Of a DNA stretch of 64,000 bases, positions 36,922 to 47,079 are shown piece by piece. Made by a program: the position numbers and the translations under genes. Source of the DNA: Bacillota bacterium (GTDB lineage Bacteria > Bacillota > JAAYKD01); the NCBI GenBank assembly GCA_963666425.2, contig OY762825.2, forward strand, positions 1,728,001 to 1,792,000. The letters run 5' to 3'. The first letter of the stretch is position 1. Each line of letters starts with the position of its first letter. The notes under the pieces were generated by a model. The model had not been told where the DNA came from. It did no database searches and saw nothing but the letters and a program-made list of their open reading frames with translations.

Positions 36922-38097
36922 TCAATTATCAATACTCGTGATGTATGCTCTGATTTTTTGCACGATTTCTGCCATGTAAGTTTTACCGATGGAAGCAAAA
37001 CCAGAATTGGGATAATCCTCACATAAACTAGATTCCAGTCCGTTCAGGAAATCAGCGCATTCCTTGAGGAAGCCGGCTGGCATATTTTCGCGATTGGTTT
37101 TTCTGGCAGTTAGGACGAGCAACTTCCAGAAATTCATCTCGTTCTCACCCCATTGATTGACATAGTCATAGGTATGCTTACGCAGGGTGCTTGCTTGGGC
37201 GATTTCTTTAGCGGCATGATAACCATCCAAGCCGATTTCAATCTGACAATCTTTCATGGCGGTATCAAGCAATCTGGCACGCTCGGTTGAATTGCAGCTG
37301 CATTTTTCAAAAAATGTAGTAAGCAAGCCTACGCCAAAATAATCAAAGGTTGAGCAGAGATCTTTCTCATCCAACAAGCATTTGTCGGTAGCGGATGTAA
37401 GGATCTTTCTCATTCGTTGATAGTGTTCCGGATAAGTGATTTCCCCCAACAATTCTATATTGAAGTGCGGTAAGGTTCGGCATTTCTCAGCTTGGCTTTT
37501 GACAGCCAGAAGGAAATCATCACAGAGGGTCGTGGCGGTTCCGCAGCTTAATTCACCCAAAACAGAAAATCGCATCGTGATCGCCGCAAACTCATTCATA
37601 AGTTCAGCTAAAGTGGCCTCTTCTTCTGCTTTGGCTTGGATATTCTGCAAGAAATTCTGCCAGAATGAACCGCTGGAATGATCTATGATGCCGACCAGGT
37701 TTTCAATTTGTTTTCTTGTTGGATTATCTGAACCAGCTGCTGCAACGAAATCATATTTACTGAAACCCAGGCAGCCTGCTTCCCTGAAATAAATGTCAAT
37801 TGCCTTCTCCTGCTCTGCTGTAGGTGGGGTGCCTTGGGTCTGGAGCACTTTTAAAAAGGCATAGGCCGGCAGCAGTTTTCTGCCCTGCGAAATCTCAGCC
37901 GGAATATAGGCAGTATTTATTTGTTCGGCAGTGTCAAGGATCTGGTTGCTGATATCTTTGCTCTCGTCTGAGATTTCCGCTATCGTTTTCAAGATAAAGC
38001 ATGAAGCTTTCTTTTTTGCCCGGTTTTCGTTTTTATAAAAATCCCGAATTCTTGAGGATGTGCTGATGGTTAATTCATCCCAAAATTGATTTTCCAT
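36922..38097 (-). CDS. Hypothetical protein (391 aa, predicted helical)
   Basis: Long ORF with AAGGAGG RBS; no recognisable motif. Confidence 0.75.
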   Translation of the reverse strand: MENQFWDELTISTSSRIRDFYKNENRAKKKASCFILKTIAEISDESKDISNQILDTAEQINTAYIPAEISQGRKLLPAYAFLKVLQTQGTPPTAEQEKAIDIYFREAGCLGFSKYDFVAAAGSDNPTRKQIENLVGIIDHSSGSFWQNFLQNIQAKAEEEATLAELMNEFAAITMRFSVLGELSCGTATTLCDDFLLAVKSQAEKCRTLPHFNIELLGEITYPEHYQRMRKILTSATDKCLLDEKDLCSTFDYFGVGLLTTFFEKCSCNSTERARLLDTAMKDCQIEIGLDGYHAAKEIAQASTLRKHTYDYVNQWGENEMNFWKLLVLTARKTNRENMPAGFLKECADFLNGLESSLCEDYPNSGFASIGKTYMAEIVQKIRAYITSIDN

Positions 38098-38375
38098 TTT
38101 TAGAGCCTCCTTAGCAGATCGGATTTGAAATTCACCTGCATATAGATTGACTAATACGGCAGATCGAAATTTAACGGGACATGCGCCATTGGAATTAATT
38201 TGATATTAACAGATGTAATATGATTTGTCAAGCATAGTATTAGGAAATAATACCTTATATATGCCGCTTTTAATTTTATGTAATATATTATATAAAGAAA
38301 TACATGGATCAGTTGTATCACAATATTAAGTTGATCTTATAAGTAAATTGCCTTGAAAATACGTTTCTAGCTAGA

Positions 38376-38420
38376 AAAAGCCTGCTTTTTGACCTTGGCA
38401 GGGTCAGAAAGCAGGCTTTT
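38376..38420 (-). terminator. Intrinsic terminator after the amidohydrolase pair
   Basis: AAAAGCCTGCTTTTTGACC/GGTCAGAAAGCAGGCTTTT. Confidence 0.75.
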
Positions 38421-38475
38421 AATGAATTGATGTGCAACAAAATGGCATGATGAAAGCGCAGCTGCAGTGGTTTGC

Positions 38476-39768
38476 TTAGTTTTTCAGCTGTCCCCATTCA
38501 CGCAAGTATTGTTCTTTGGTCATCGGAGCATGGAAGGATTCCTTCACTTTAATACCATTGGCAGCGCCATCGGCTAAGAGATCGATTACGGTCATGACCA
38601 TCGCTTTGGTGGCGGTGATGTATGCCAGGTTTTTGTCCTCAATTTCATAGTGAGAGCTATGTCCAATGCCGGCAGCTCCGCCAAAGGTAGCATGAACTGT
38701 TGGCATCAGGTTTGATACATCGCTGGCATCGGTAGTAAAGCCCATACCGGGTTTGATTTTGTCGGCTGGGACAAGCTGCTGCAGGTTTTTTTCAAATAGA
38801 GATTTATAGAAAGGCTCCTCAACCGACAGCATATAGCCGGGGATGTCGTAAATCTTAACTTCAGCACCCAAGGCGTCTGCTCCGGCTTTGAGGGCTCGAT
38901 TGACCTTGAAGCTGGCATCTTTGATGGCATCATAACTGCGGGCACGGACGAAGGTTTCAATGTGAACATCGGCCGGTACCACATTAACCAGGTTGCCGCC
39001 TTTGGTGATGATGGGGTGCACGCGCACGCCGTCTTCATCTTTAAAGGTATCACGGATGGCATCAATCGCGGTCAAGCCAAGTTTAGCAGCACTGAGGGCG
39101 TTGATCCCCTGGTCCGGACTGGCTGCATGTGCCTCTTTGCCAATGTAATGCACAATTTTCGCCACAAAGCCCATCCCGCCGGGACCGCCGGACGTCACAG
39201 TATCACCGATCATGGTATGCTGCATCATCATGATGTCGATGTTGTCAAAAAGCCCGAGTTTGATGAATTCCTGTTTCCCGCCTAAAAATGAGATTTTACC
39301 GGCTTGAATCAGGCTGTTGCGATATTCCAGTTCGACCGCTTCTTCGGAAGGCACCGCCATAAAGACGACATCGCCGGAAAGATCGATCATTACGCCGCTT
39401 TCTTTCAATGCCATGGCAACGCCCAGCATGGTGGCAATTTGAGCAAAATGACCGCAGGAATGAGCCGCACCGGTGAGTGGGTCGGCGCAGCGATGCCCGG
39501 GGGCGACAACGGCATCGAGTTCTCCCATCACAGCGACTTTAATCTTGGATTCCTTCCCTTTAGCGGTGGCGATGACGCCGGTGATGGCATGTCCATCGGT
39601 GTAGCAATAACCGAGATCACGGAAGACTCGTTTGACTTTTTCAGCGGTCTTGAATTCTTTGTAGCCGAGTTCCGGTTCGGCAAAGATCGATTCGCCAATC
39701 GCAATAATTCGGTCGGCATTTTGATCAACGGCAGCCAAAGCGCGGTTTTTTAATTCCTGTAATTCCAT
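38476..39768 (-). CDS. M20-family amidohydrolase (paralog 2)
   Basis: EPELGYKEFKT, GELDA, AHSCGH, PSEE, GKEAHA. Start at ATG 39768. Confidence 0.9.
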   Translation of the reverse strand: MELQELKNRALAAVDQNADRIIAIGESIFAEPELGYKEFKTAEKVKRVFRDLGYCYTDGHAITGVIATAKGKESKIKVAVMGELDAVVAPGHRCADPLTGAAHSCGHFAQIATMLGVAMALKESGVMIDLSGDVVFMAVPSEEAVELEYRNSLIQAGKISFLGGKQEFIKLGLFDNIDIMMMQHTMIGDTVTSGGPGGMGFVAKIVHYIGKEAHAASPDQGINALSAAKLGLTAIDAIRDTFKDEDGVRVHPIITKGGNLVNVVPADVHIETFVRARSYDAIKDASFKVNRALKAGADALGAEVKIYDIPGYMLSVEEPFYKSLFEKNLQQLVPADKIKPGMGFTTDASDVSNLMPTVHATFGGAAGIGHSSHYEIEDKNLAYITATKAMVMTVIDLLADGAANGIKVKESFHAPMTKEQYLREWGQLKN

Positions 39769-39794
39769 TTTAGGCTTCCTTTCTGATTGCAAGC

Positions 39795-41087
39795 TTAAAC
39801 GTTGAGTTTGCACCATTCCTTGAGGTACTGTTCTTTCGTCATGGGAGCTTTGAATTCGGCTTTGACTTTTAAAGCGTTGGCTGCACCATTGGCCAGTAAA
39901 TCCACGATGGTCATTGCCATCATTTTAGCTGCCACGATGTAAGCTAACTCTGGTTTTTCAATCTCGTAATTGGAGCTGTGCGCAATTCCGACTGCTCCGC
40001 CGACGGTAGCATGCACGGTGGGTAGGAGATTTGAGATATCATTGGCATCCGTCGTGAAGCCCATACCGGGGACGATGTTTTCTTCACCGACCAATGTTTT
40101 GAAATTATCATGGACCAAGGCTTTGAGCGCCGGCGATTCTACGGCAAACATATAGCCGGGAATATCGTAAATTTTTACTTCGGCGCCTAAGGCATCGGCT
40201 CCGGCTTTGAGGGCGCGGTTGACTTTAAAGCTGGCATCTTCAATCGCAGGCAGATTGCGGCCGCGCACGAAAGTTTCCAAACGCACATCGGCGGGGACCA
40301 CATTGACCAGATTACCGCCTTTGGTAATGATCGGATGTACCCGAATACCGTCTTCATCTTTAAAGGTATCGCGCACGGCATCAATGGCAGTGAGTCCAAG
40401 CTTGGCGGCGTTCAGTGCATTAATCCCTTGAGAAGGGCTGGCAGCATGCGATTCTTTGCCGATGTAGTGGATGATTTTCGCGACAAAACCCATACCGCCG
40501 GGTCCGCCGGCCGTGACTTTATCGATGCCCATCGTATGCTGCATGACCATGGCATCGACGTCATCAAATTCACCCAAACGGATGAATTCTTGTTTACCAC
40601 CCAAGAGAGAAATTTTGCCGTCTTTGATCAGCTGATTGCGGAACTCCAGTTCAACCGGTTCTTCTGAAGGAACGGCCATAAAGGCGACTTCGCCGGAAAG
40701 ATCGGAAAGAACACCGGATTTGACAATGCCGTAGGCAGCACCCAGCATAGAAGCGATTTGCACATGGTGGCCGCAGGAATGAGCCGCTCCGGTGACGGGG
40801 TCGGCGCAACGGTGGCCGGGAGCGACGATCGCATCGAGTTCACCCATCACAGCAACTTTTGCTTTCGGCTCTTTCCCTTTGGCAGTGGCGATCACGCCGG
40901 TAATAGCAATACCATCCCTGTAATTCAAACCAAGTTCTGAGAAGACTTTTTTTACTTTTTCGGCTGTTTTGAATTCTTTGTAACCTAATTCCGGTTCAGC
41001 AAAGATGGATTCACCGATACCGATGATTTTGGTGGAGTTTTCGTCAATGGCTTGACAGACCTTGGCTTTTAATTCTTGAATATCCAT
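39795..41087 (-). CDS. M20-family amidohydrolase (paralog 1)
   Basis: Same motifs as paralog 2 and collinear with it along the full length. Confidence 0.9.
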   Translation of the reverse strand: MDIQELKAKVCQAIDENSTKIIGIGESIFAEPELGYKEFKTAEKVKKVFSELGLNYRDGIAITGVIATAKGKEPKAKVAVMGELDAIVAPGHRCADPVTGAAHSCGHHVQIASMLGAAYGIVKSGVLSDLSGEVAFMAVPSEEPVELEFRNQLIKDGKISLLGGKQEFIRLGEFDDVDAMVMQHTMGIDKVTAGGPGGMGFVAKIIHYIGKESHAASPSQGINALNAAKLGLTAIDAVRDTFKDEDGIRVHPIITKGGNLVNVVPADVRLETFVRGRNLPAIEDASFKVNRALKAGADALGAEVKIYDIPGYMFAVESPALKALVHDNFKTLVGEENIVPGMGFTTDANDISNLLPTVHATVGGAVGIAHSSNYEIEKPELAYIVAAKMMAMTIVDLLANGAANALKVKAEFKAPMTKEQYLKEWCKLNV

Positions 41088-41341
41088 TCCTATCAGTTTC
41101 CTTTCCTTATTTCGCTGCTCGTAGTATATCAGGAAAAAGGGTGGTTGCCAATAGGTTTTTTAGGGATGGAAAAGTGCAGCAAGGCGATGGAAATTTCTTT
41201 ATAACACCTTTTTTCTGTTTTCCAAAAGGGAAAATATGTTATAATGTAGTAGTAATTGATCAGGTAATCGGTTGAGCGAGAACAGAGTCCCCAATGCAGT
41301 TGATTACTATTTTTGTAAACTGGATGACAGGAGGTATTCGG

Positions 41342-41809
41342 ATGACGATACGGTATGCAAGCTATGAGGATTATGCACAGGTAGAGAAAATCGCACTGGA
41401 GATACAGCAAATTCATGTGGATTTCCGGCCGGACATTTATAAAGCAGTGGCAGAGGTGATCGGGGCAGAGGCATTTCGGGATTTATCCGCCAAACAAGCG
41501 GTGATTGTGGCAGAAATCGATGGGAAAGTCGTGGGTTATGCGGTTTATTATCTCAGAAACGTCAAGCTGCCGATTATGCACGAGCGAAAAGTATTTTATA
41601 TCGATGCGATTGCGGTGAGTTCGCTGTGCCGTTCGCAGGGGATTGGGACTCAGATGGTTTTCTTCCTGACAGAGATTGCCCGCAGCAACGGCTGCAGCAG
41701 TCTGGAATTGTCGGTCTCTTCGCTGAATCGGGATGCGATCAGATGGTATGAAAAACTGGGTATGCGAACGAAATCAATCTATATGGAAATGAAAATAGAA
41801 TCAAGCTAA
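41342..41809 (+). CDS. GNAT N-acetyltransferase
   Basis: IHVDFRPDIY, IAVSSLCRSQGIG, AIRWYEKLGM. Confidence 0.88.
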   Translation: MTIRYASYEDYAQVEKIALEIQQIHVDFRPDIYKAVAEVIGAEAFRDLSAKQAVIVAEIDGKVVGYAVYYLRNVKLPIMHERKVFYIDAIAVSSLCRSQGIGTQMVFFLTEIARSNGCSSLELSVSSLNRDAIRWYEKLGMRTKSIYMEMKIESS

Positions 41810-41823
41810 TACCGAAAAAAGAA

Positions 41824-41865
41824 AGCGGCGACGACTCATTTCTAAGATTTGAGTCGTCGCCGCTT
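41824..41865. terminator. Terminator hairpin between convergent genes
   Basis: AAGCGGCGACGACTCA...TGAGTCGTCGCCGCTT. Confidence 0.8.
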
Positions 41866-41885
41866 ATGATACCGGGATATGTTTT

Positions 41886-42920
41886 TTATCCGAGATAACC
41901 GTCTGGATCAACCGTTGCGTCCACGGAACTGCCGGTGAGAAAGGCTCGGATCCCTGTCACTTTTGCTTTGATATTGTTGTATGTTTCCACAGGAAGCTCT
42001 TCGCTGAATTCGATGGTTTCATTCGCTGCAATTCTCGTGCTGCAGAGCACTTGCAGGAAAGAACGGTCGGCCGACCAAGTATAAAGCACGGCACCGGCTG
42101 CATCAAGCAACTGGAAATCATATTTCTGACTGCTGGAGTGTTCAATTGTGATGGTTTGATCGGTGTTGTTATGCAGACTGAGCGACATGCGTAAGGAATT
42201 GTCCTCTACCTGCATAGCAGCGACTGCCTGTAAGTGTGGTTTGTAACTGTCCAACAGAGTAACCAAACGGCTGATCACGGTCACCCCTTCGGCACGCAGA
42301 GCCGGAGCGGTGGGATAAAGCATATTTTCACCCCTGCCGTAGATTAGCTTTAGAAGCACAGCGGTGATCACATTTGCTTGATACTCCTCTTTGATTTTAC
42401 CATCATCATTGAAAGGCGCCGGCATCATCAGAATGACTGCATATTTGCCTTCGGTGACATAATTCAGCGCATTAATGATCAAATGAATCATTTCCTGGCG
42501 CTGTAAGATTTGGTTTGGCTGGAAACTATCGGTTTTTTCCACGATGCCAACGGTTACCAGATCATAAAGTGCGCTGGCACCGGGATCTTCGTTTTTCACA
42601 TCGTTAAAGTATTCTGCAATGTCAGTGGCGGCAAAGTAGTTGATTTCAATGCCCAGGGCTTTGTGTAAGGCGCGGGCAAATTCCATGCGGGTGATACTCT
42701 GATCGCCGCGGAAGAGACCATCCGCATCAGCAAAGATCTCTGGGTAGCCGAACTGGCTTGCCTCTGCTTCATACCAAGCACCGAGAATATCCGGATAACT
42801 CTTGGCCATGATGGGCATGATCAGCAGCGGTTCGTTAGGCTCTTCGGCGAATGCCAGCATCGGAAAGGAAGTAAGCAGCATCGTCAGCACAAGCATCAAA
42901 GTAAGTGCAGTTTTTTTCAT
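41886..42920 (-). CDS. SLH-domain protein with a C-terminal BsuPI-like (proteinase inhibitor) domain
   Basis: Signal peptide, SLH motifs (ITRMEFA, LQRQEM, ALRAEG), SSQKYDFQL...LYTWSADRSFLQV. Confidence 0.78.
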   Translation of the reverse strand: MKKTALTLMLVLTMLLTSFPMLAFAEEPNEPLLIMPIMAKSYPDILGAWYEAEASQFGYPEIFADADGLFRGDQSITRMEFARALHKALGIEINYFAATDIAEYFNDVKNEDPGASALYDLVTVGIVEKTDSFQPNQILQRQEMIHLIINALNYVTEGKYAVILMMPAPFNDDGKIKEEYQANVITAVLLKLIYGRGENMLYPTAPALRAEGVTVISRLVTLLDSYKPHLQAVAAMQVEDNSLRMSLSLHNNTDQTITIEHSSSQKYDFQLLDAAGAVLYTWSADRSFLQVLCSTRIAANETIEFSEELPVETYNNIKAKVTGIRAFLTGSSVDATVDPDGYLG

Positions 42921-43096
42921 AGGGATTCTCCTTTGAATTATTCTGATGGTTTTCACCATCTTGTTTTGTTTAGACTGCAATTGTATCTATTTTGTTCCCA
43001 ACGCTCGCCGAAAATTGCTGTCAGAAAACCCGGTCCAGGAAAAATTTCCAAAACCGGGTTTGAAAAAGCTGAAAGGAGAGACTCCGTTTTTAAAGC

Positions 43097-44239
43097 TTAT
43101 TGCAGAACACTTCTTGCTTCCTGCAGTTTTAGGATGATTGACAGATGTTGGGGACAGGCTGCTTCACACGCGCCACAAGCGATACAATACGAAGCATCGG
43201 CATGATTGGTGACTAATTCTTGATAAGCTTTACGCGCATTGCGGACAGCACCCGGATTGGAAGAGCCAAAGAGGTTCCAGGCAGCAAAGACCGCCGGAAT
43301 ATCAACTCCATTGGGGCAAGGCATACAGTAACGGCAGGCAGTGCAGCCGATATTCAGCTTGGAGTGCCAGTAAGCGGAAATTTCTTGTAAAAGATTCAAC
43401 TCGTCTTTTGTCATACATCCCGGAACCATATCAGGCTGACTGCAGATGCGCAGATTGTCTTCTACCTGACTCATTGTGCTCATGCCGGAGAGGATGAGGG
43501 CAACTTCCGGACGGTTTGCTAAAAAGCGCAGCGCCCATTCAACCGGGGTGCGTTTTACCTGGCTTTGCTCGAAGCGTGCAGCGATGTCATCGGGTAAATT
43601 AGCTAAGCGGCCGCCTTGCAGCGGTTCCATGATCACGACACGAATCCCCTTTTTGGCTGCCAATTCTAAACCTTTGAGCGTGGCTTGCCGTTCGGTATCA
43701 AGATAGTTCATTTGGATTTGACAGAAATCCCAGGCATAGCTGTTGATGATTTCTTCAAATACTTCGTAGGAGTCATGAAAACTGAAGCCGTAGTATTTGA
43801 TCTTGCCGGCTTTTTTGGCGGCTTCCGCCCGTTCCCAGAGTTTGTATTTTTTGGTTACGCCCCAGAGTTCAGCATCCAAAGTATGCTGCAGGTAGAAATC
43901 GATTTGATCCACATCAAGCTTTTGCAGTTGTTCATCCAGTAATTGATCCCAATGTTCAGCAGACTGCACTAAATAAGTAGGACTCTTGCTGGCCAGCGCA
44001 GTTTTGGCGCGATAACCGTCTTTGAGGGCTTTCCCAACGACCAGTTCCGAATTGCCGCCGTGATAACCGTAAGCGGTATCGACATAGTTGACGCCCTGAT
44101 CGATGGCGTGACGAATCATTTTGATTGCTTCTGCCTCGTTGATATTTTTATTCTCGCCATTGACAACCGGCAGGCGCATGCAGCCAAAACCGAGCAGAGA
44201 GGGATGATAGTTGATTTTGCCAAATTCACGATATTGCAT
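43097..44239 (-). CDS. Aldo/keto reductase with a C-terminal 4Fe-4S domain
   Basis: LGFGCMRLP, NYVDTAYGY, GFSFH, VIMEPLQGG, CTACRYCMPCP, CIACGACEAACP. Confidence 0.92.
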   Translation of the reverse strand: MQYREFGKINYHPSLLGFGCMRLPVVNGENKNINEAEAIKMIRHAIDQGVNYVDTAYGYHGGNSELVVGKALKDGYRAKTALASKSPTYLVQSAEHWDQLLDEQLQKLDVDQIDFYLQHTLDAELWGVTKKYKLWERAEAAKKAGKIKYYGFSFHDSYEVFEEIINSYAWDFCQIQMNYLDTERQATLKGLELAAKKGIRVVIMEPLQGGRLANLPDDIAARFEQSQVKRTPVEWALRFLANRPEVALILSGMSTMSQVEDNLRICSQPDMVPGCMTKDELNLLQEISAYWHSKLNIGCTACRYCMPCPNGVDIPAVFAAWNLFGSSNPGAVRNARKAYQELVTNHADASYCIACGACEAACPQHLSIILKLQEARSVLQ

Positions 44240-44443
44240 CTGATGGCACATCCTTTCACTTATGTTAGGGTATATTTCTGCACCCGCAGGATAAAGTCCT
44301 TTGCTTTGAAAAAAACCGGTTGTCACGAGCAATTCGCAACAACCGATACTCTAATTATAACATGTAAATTTCTTTTTTACAAGTCTTTTTCTGGAGATTG
44401 ATCCGGTGTATAATACAAAGTACTTGTACTTTAGCAATCCTTT

Positions 44444-45283
44444 TTAGAAAGCAACCAACAGTGCTCCCGGTGCCGCGTAGGTACCAATTGCCGGACCGAT
44501 TTCAGAGAGTATAATTTCTAAGGGATGCAGTTCGTCCTGCACCATTTGCACAAAGGCGTACATCCGTTCCTCACAGTCGCCATGGGCAATACCAACCCGC
44601 TGCGGACGTGTGCCTGCGTATTTTTCTTTCATGATGTCGATCAGATAGCGCAGCGCTTTGGCTTCACTGCGAACTTTTTCTTTTACCTTGACAAATCCGT
44701 CAACATCAACATGCACGATCGGTTTGATGGTGAAGAGATTAGCAGCAATATAGGACAAACGCGATACGCGGCCGCCTTTGACGGCATACTCCAGGGTATC
44801 GAGAGCAACATAGACATTGAGTTCGGAGCGTAAGTTTTGCACTTCTAAAAGTATGTCGGAGGTGGAGAGCCCCATTTGACTCATTTCGGCTGCTTTAATT
44901 GCCATGAGAGCAACACCAAGAGAACCGAACAGCGTATCATAGACAGTGACTCGGTTGCCGTACGCTTCACCTGCCAGGCGAAACGCTTGAGCAGTACCGG
45001 AAAGAGAAGAAGAGATTGTCAGGCAAATCACTTCATCATAGTGTTCCAAACTTTCCCGGATCAGTTTCTCACAATTGCCAACAGATGGCTGCGCTGTTTT
45101 TGGCAGATCGGTATGGGTACGACACCAGCGATAAAAATCATCGATGCTTAAGTCGATTCGATCCAAATAGCTTTCTTTGCCAAGCTGCACGAACAAAGGC
45201 GCAACGCCGATATCCCACTTTTTTTGCAGTTCCAAAGGCAAGTCGCAGGTGCTGTCTACCAGGATGCGTACTGACATAGTCAT
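44444..45283 (-). CDS. DegV-family fatty-acid-binding protein
   Basis: DSTCDLP, PKTAQPS, SSSLSGT, LEYAVKGGR. Confidence 0.92.
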   Translation of the reverse strand: MTMSVRILVDSTCDLPLELQKKWDIGVAPLFVQLGKESYLDRIDLSIDDFYRWCRTHTDLPKTAQPSVGNCEKLIRESLEHYDEVICLTISSSLSGTAQAFRLAGEAYGNRVTVYDTLFGSLGVALMAIKAAEMSQMGLSTSDILLEVQNLRSELNVYVALDTLEYAVKGGRVSRLSYIAANLFTIKPIVHVDVDGFVKVKEKVRSEAKALRYLIDIMKEKYAGTRPQRVGIAHGDCEERMYAFVQMVQDELHPLEIILSEIGPAIGTYAAPGALLVAF

Positions 45284-45437
45284 GGCCTCCTTCTAGGGGT
45301 CGCCTGATCTTACAAGCGAACCCGATTACGTCTGTGATCAGAGAATAAACCAGTTTTATTATATACGATTTTTGCGTGATTGACTAGTGGTAATAGTGTG
45401 ACTTTTTTTTGCTTCAAACAGAAAGGAAACGTGTTCT

Positions 45438-47000
45438 ATGCGCTTTTTGATGATGACGATTTTATTTCCGGCCAGTATCAGCCAGAATTTAGGGGAAGCG
45501 ATTGCTTTAGCCCGCCAGGAAAAGAGTTATGCAGAATTACAGACTTCAGATGGTCAGCGTCATTCGGTCACTTATTCGGCTTTGGAGTCGGTGGAATCAT
45601 ATCGTGCCTTATGGGCTTTGGTGCGCAATTGGAAAGGCAGTCAGCACTTAATCGACGGTGTTGAGGTGCCTTATGAGAGTGTGCAGGAGACGATCGACTG
45701 TTATATCGAAGGAGTCCGGATGAGTCAAAAAGACTGGTGCTGGGGTGACGCTACTCAGAGTGCCGCTTACACTCCGCTTTTCCCTTGTCGCTTTATTCCG
45801 ATTTCCGAAGCGAATCATCTGGGTTGGTTCCAATATGGCAGCCTGAATCGGGAGAAGATTTTCATTGTTGATAAAATCAAGCTGCGTCAGCGGATTGATT
45901 ATTATTTAGAAAAGAGCAACGCTCGCTTCTGTCCTTTGCTGGATGGAGCCCGGATTGATGATATTGTCCGACAGTTACCCAGCCGGATTGACCCACAGAA
46001 AGACGATCAATGGATTTATAAACAAGGCTGGGTGAAAGGCCGTTTTCAAATCATCGGTGTGGAAAAACGTCAAGCAAGTAACCGACCGGCGCAGCAGCCA
46101 GCCGCGGCTGCACCGACACGCTCGCAGACCAAAAGTGAGAATCGCAGCAATCAATCAGAAGCGGATCTTGTCATGGCAGAAAGAGATATTCCACTGATCC
46201 ATTATCATCAAATCGGCGGACTTGATTCGGTGATTGCGCAGGTGCGGGAGAATGTGGAACTGCCTTTAAAAATGCCGCAGCTGTTTACGCATCTGGGCAT
46301 CACGCCGCACCGGGGGATTCTGCTTTTCGGCCCTCCCGGCACCGGTAAAACCTTGCTTGCCAAGGCGCTGGCCAATGAATGCCATGCCCATTTTATTTTT
46401 GTCAACGGTCCGGAATTGATTTCCAAGTGGCATGGTGAGACGGAAGCGAATTTACGCAAGATTTTCGAGGAAGCAAAAGCAAAAGCCCCCTCGGTCATCT
46501 TATTTGATGAGGTGGATGCCCTGACACCCGATCGTGACCAGGTTACCCTACATTATGAAGCAGTCGCCGTATCACAGTTGTTATCGTTGATGGACGGCCT
46601 CGTGGACCGCGGCAATGTGATTGTGGTTGGCACAACCAACCGACCGCAGAGTGTGGATGCCGCGTTAAAACGTCCGGGGCGATTGGACCTGCAGCTGGAG
46701 GTTGGCTTTCCCGATAAAGCGGGGCGGGAAGATATTTTGCGCATTCATACCGCCGGTATGCCACTGCGTTCGGATGTCGATCTGGTGCGTTTAGCTGAAC
46801 TGACACCGGAATTCAGCGGAGCGGAGCTGGCTTCTCTTTGCCGTGACGCCGGATTGTTATGTATTCGGGAAAGAATCACCATTGGCAGTCAGGATTTGCT
46901 GCCTGATTTAAGTGATGAGGAAATCGCTTTGATGACCGTCGGGCAGGAACATTTCCTACAGGCATTGAATAATAGAAATGGAGTTTCGCAGAATTACTAA
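45438..47000 (+). CDS. AAA+ ATPase (single Cdc48/proteasome-ATPase-like module) with an uncharacterised N-terminal domain
   Basis: IGGLD...ELPLK, GPPGTGKT, NGPELISKWHGE, FDEVD, SRH TNRPQSVDAALKRPGRLD. Confidence 0.88.
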   Translation: MRFLMMTILFPASISQNLGEAIALARQEKSYAELQTSDGQRHSVTYSALESVESYRALWALVRNWKGSQHLIDGVEVPYESVQETIDCYIEGVRMSQKDWCWGDATQSAAYTPLFPCRFIPISEANHLGWFQYGSLNREKIFIVDKIKLRQRIDYYLEKSNARFCPLLDGARIDDIVRQLPSRIDPQKDDQWIYKQGWVKGRFQIIGVEKRQASNRPAQQPAAAAPTRSQTKSENRSNQSEADLVMAERDIPLIHYHQIGGLDSVIAQVRENVELPLKMPQLFTHLGITPHRGILLFGPPGTGKTLLAKALANECHAHFIFVNGPELISKWHGETEANLRKIFEEAKAKAPSVILFDEVDALTPDRDQVTLHYEAVAVSQLLSLMDGLVDRGNVIVVGTTNRPQSVDAALKRPGRLDLQLEVGFPDKAGREDILRIHTAGMPLRSDVDLVRLAELTPEFSGAELASLCRDAGLLCIRERITIGSQDLLPDLSDEEIALMTVGQEHFLQALNNRNGVSQNY

Positions 47001-47079
47001 ATAGGTCTTTTTCTGCACAACTATAAAGATAGACGCTCGAAATAAGCAACGAAACAAAAGAACGGGGAGTAATATTTGT

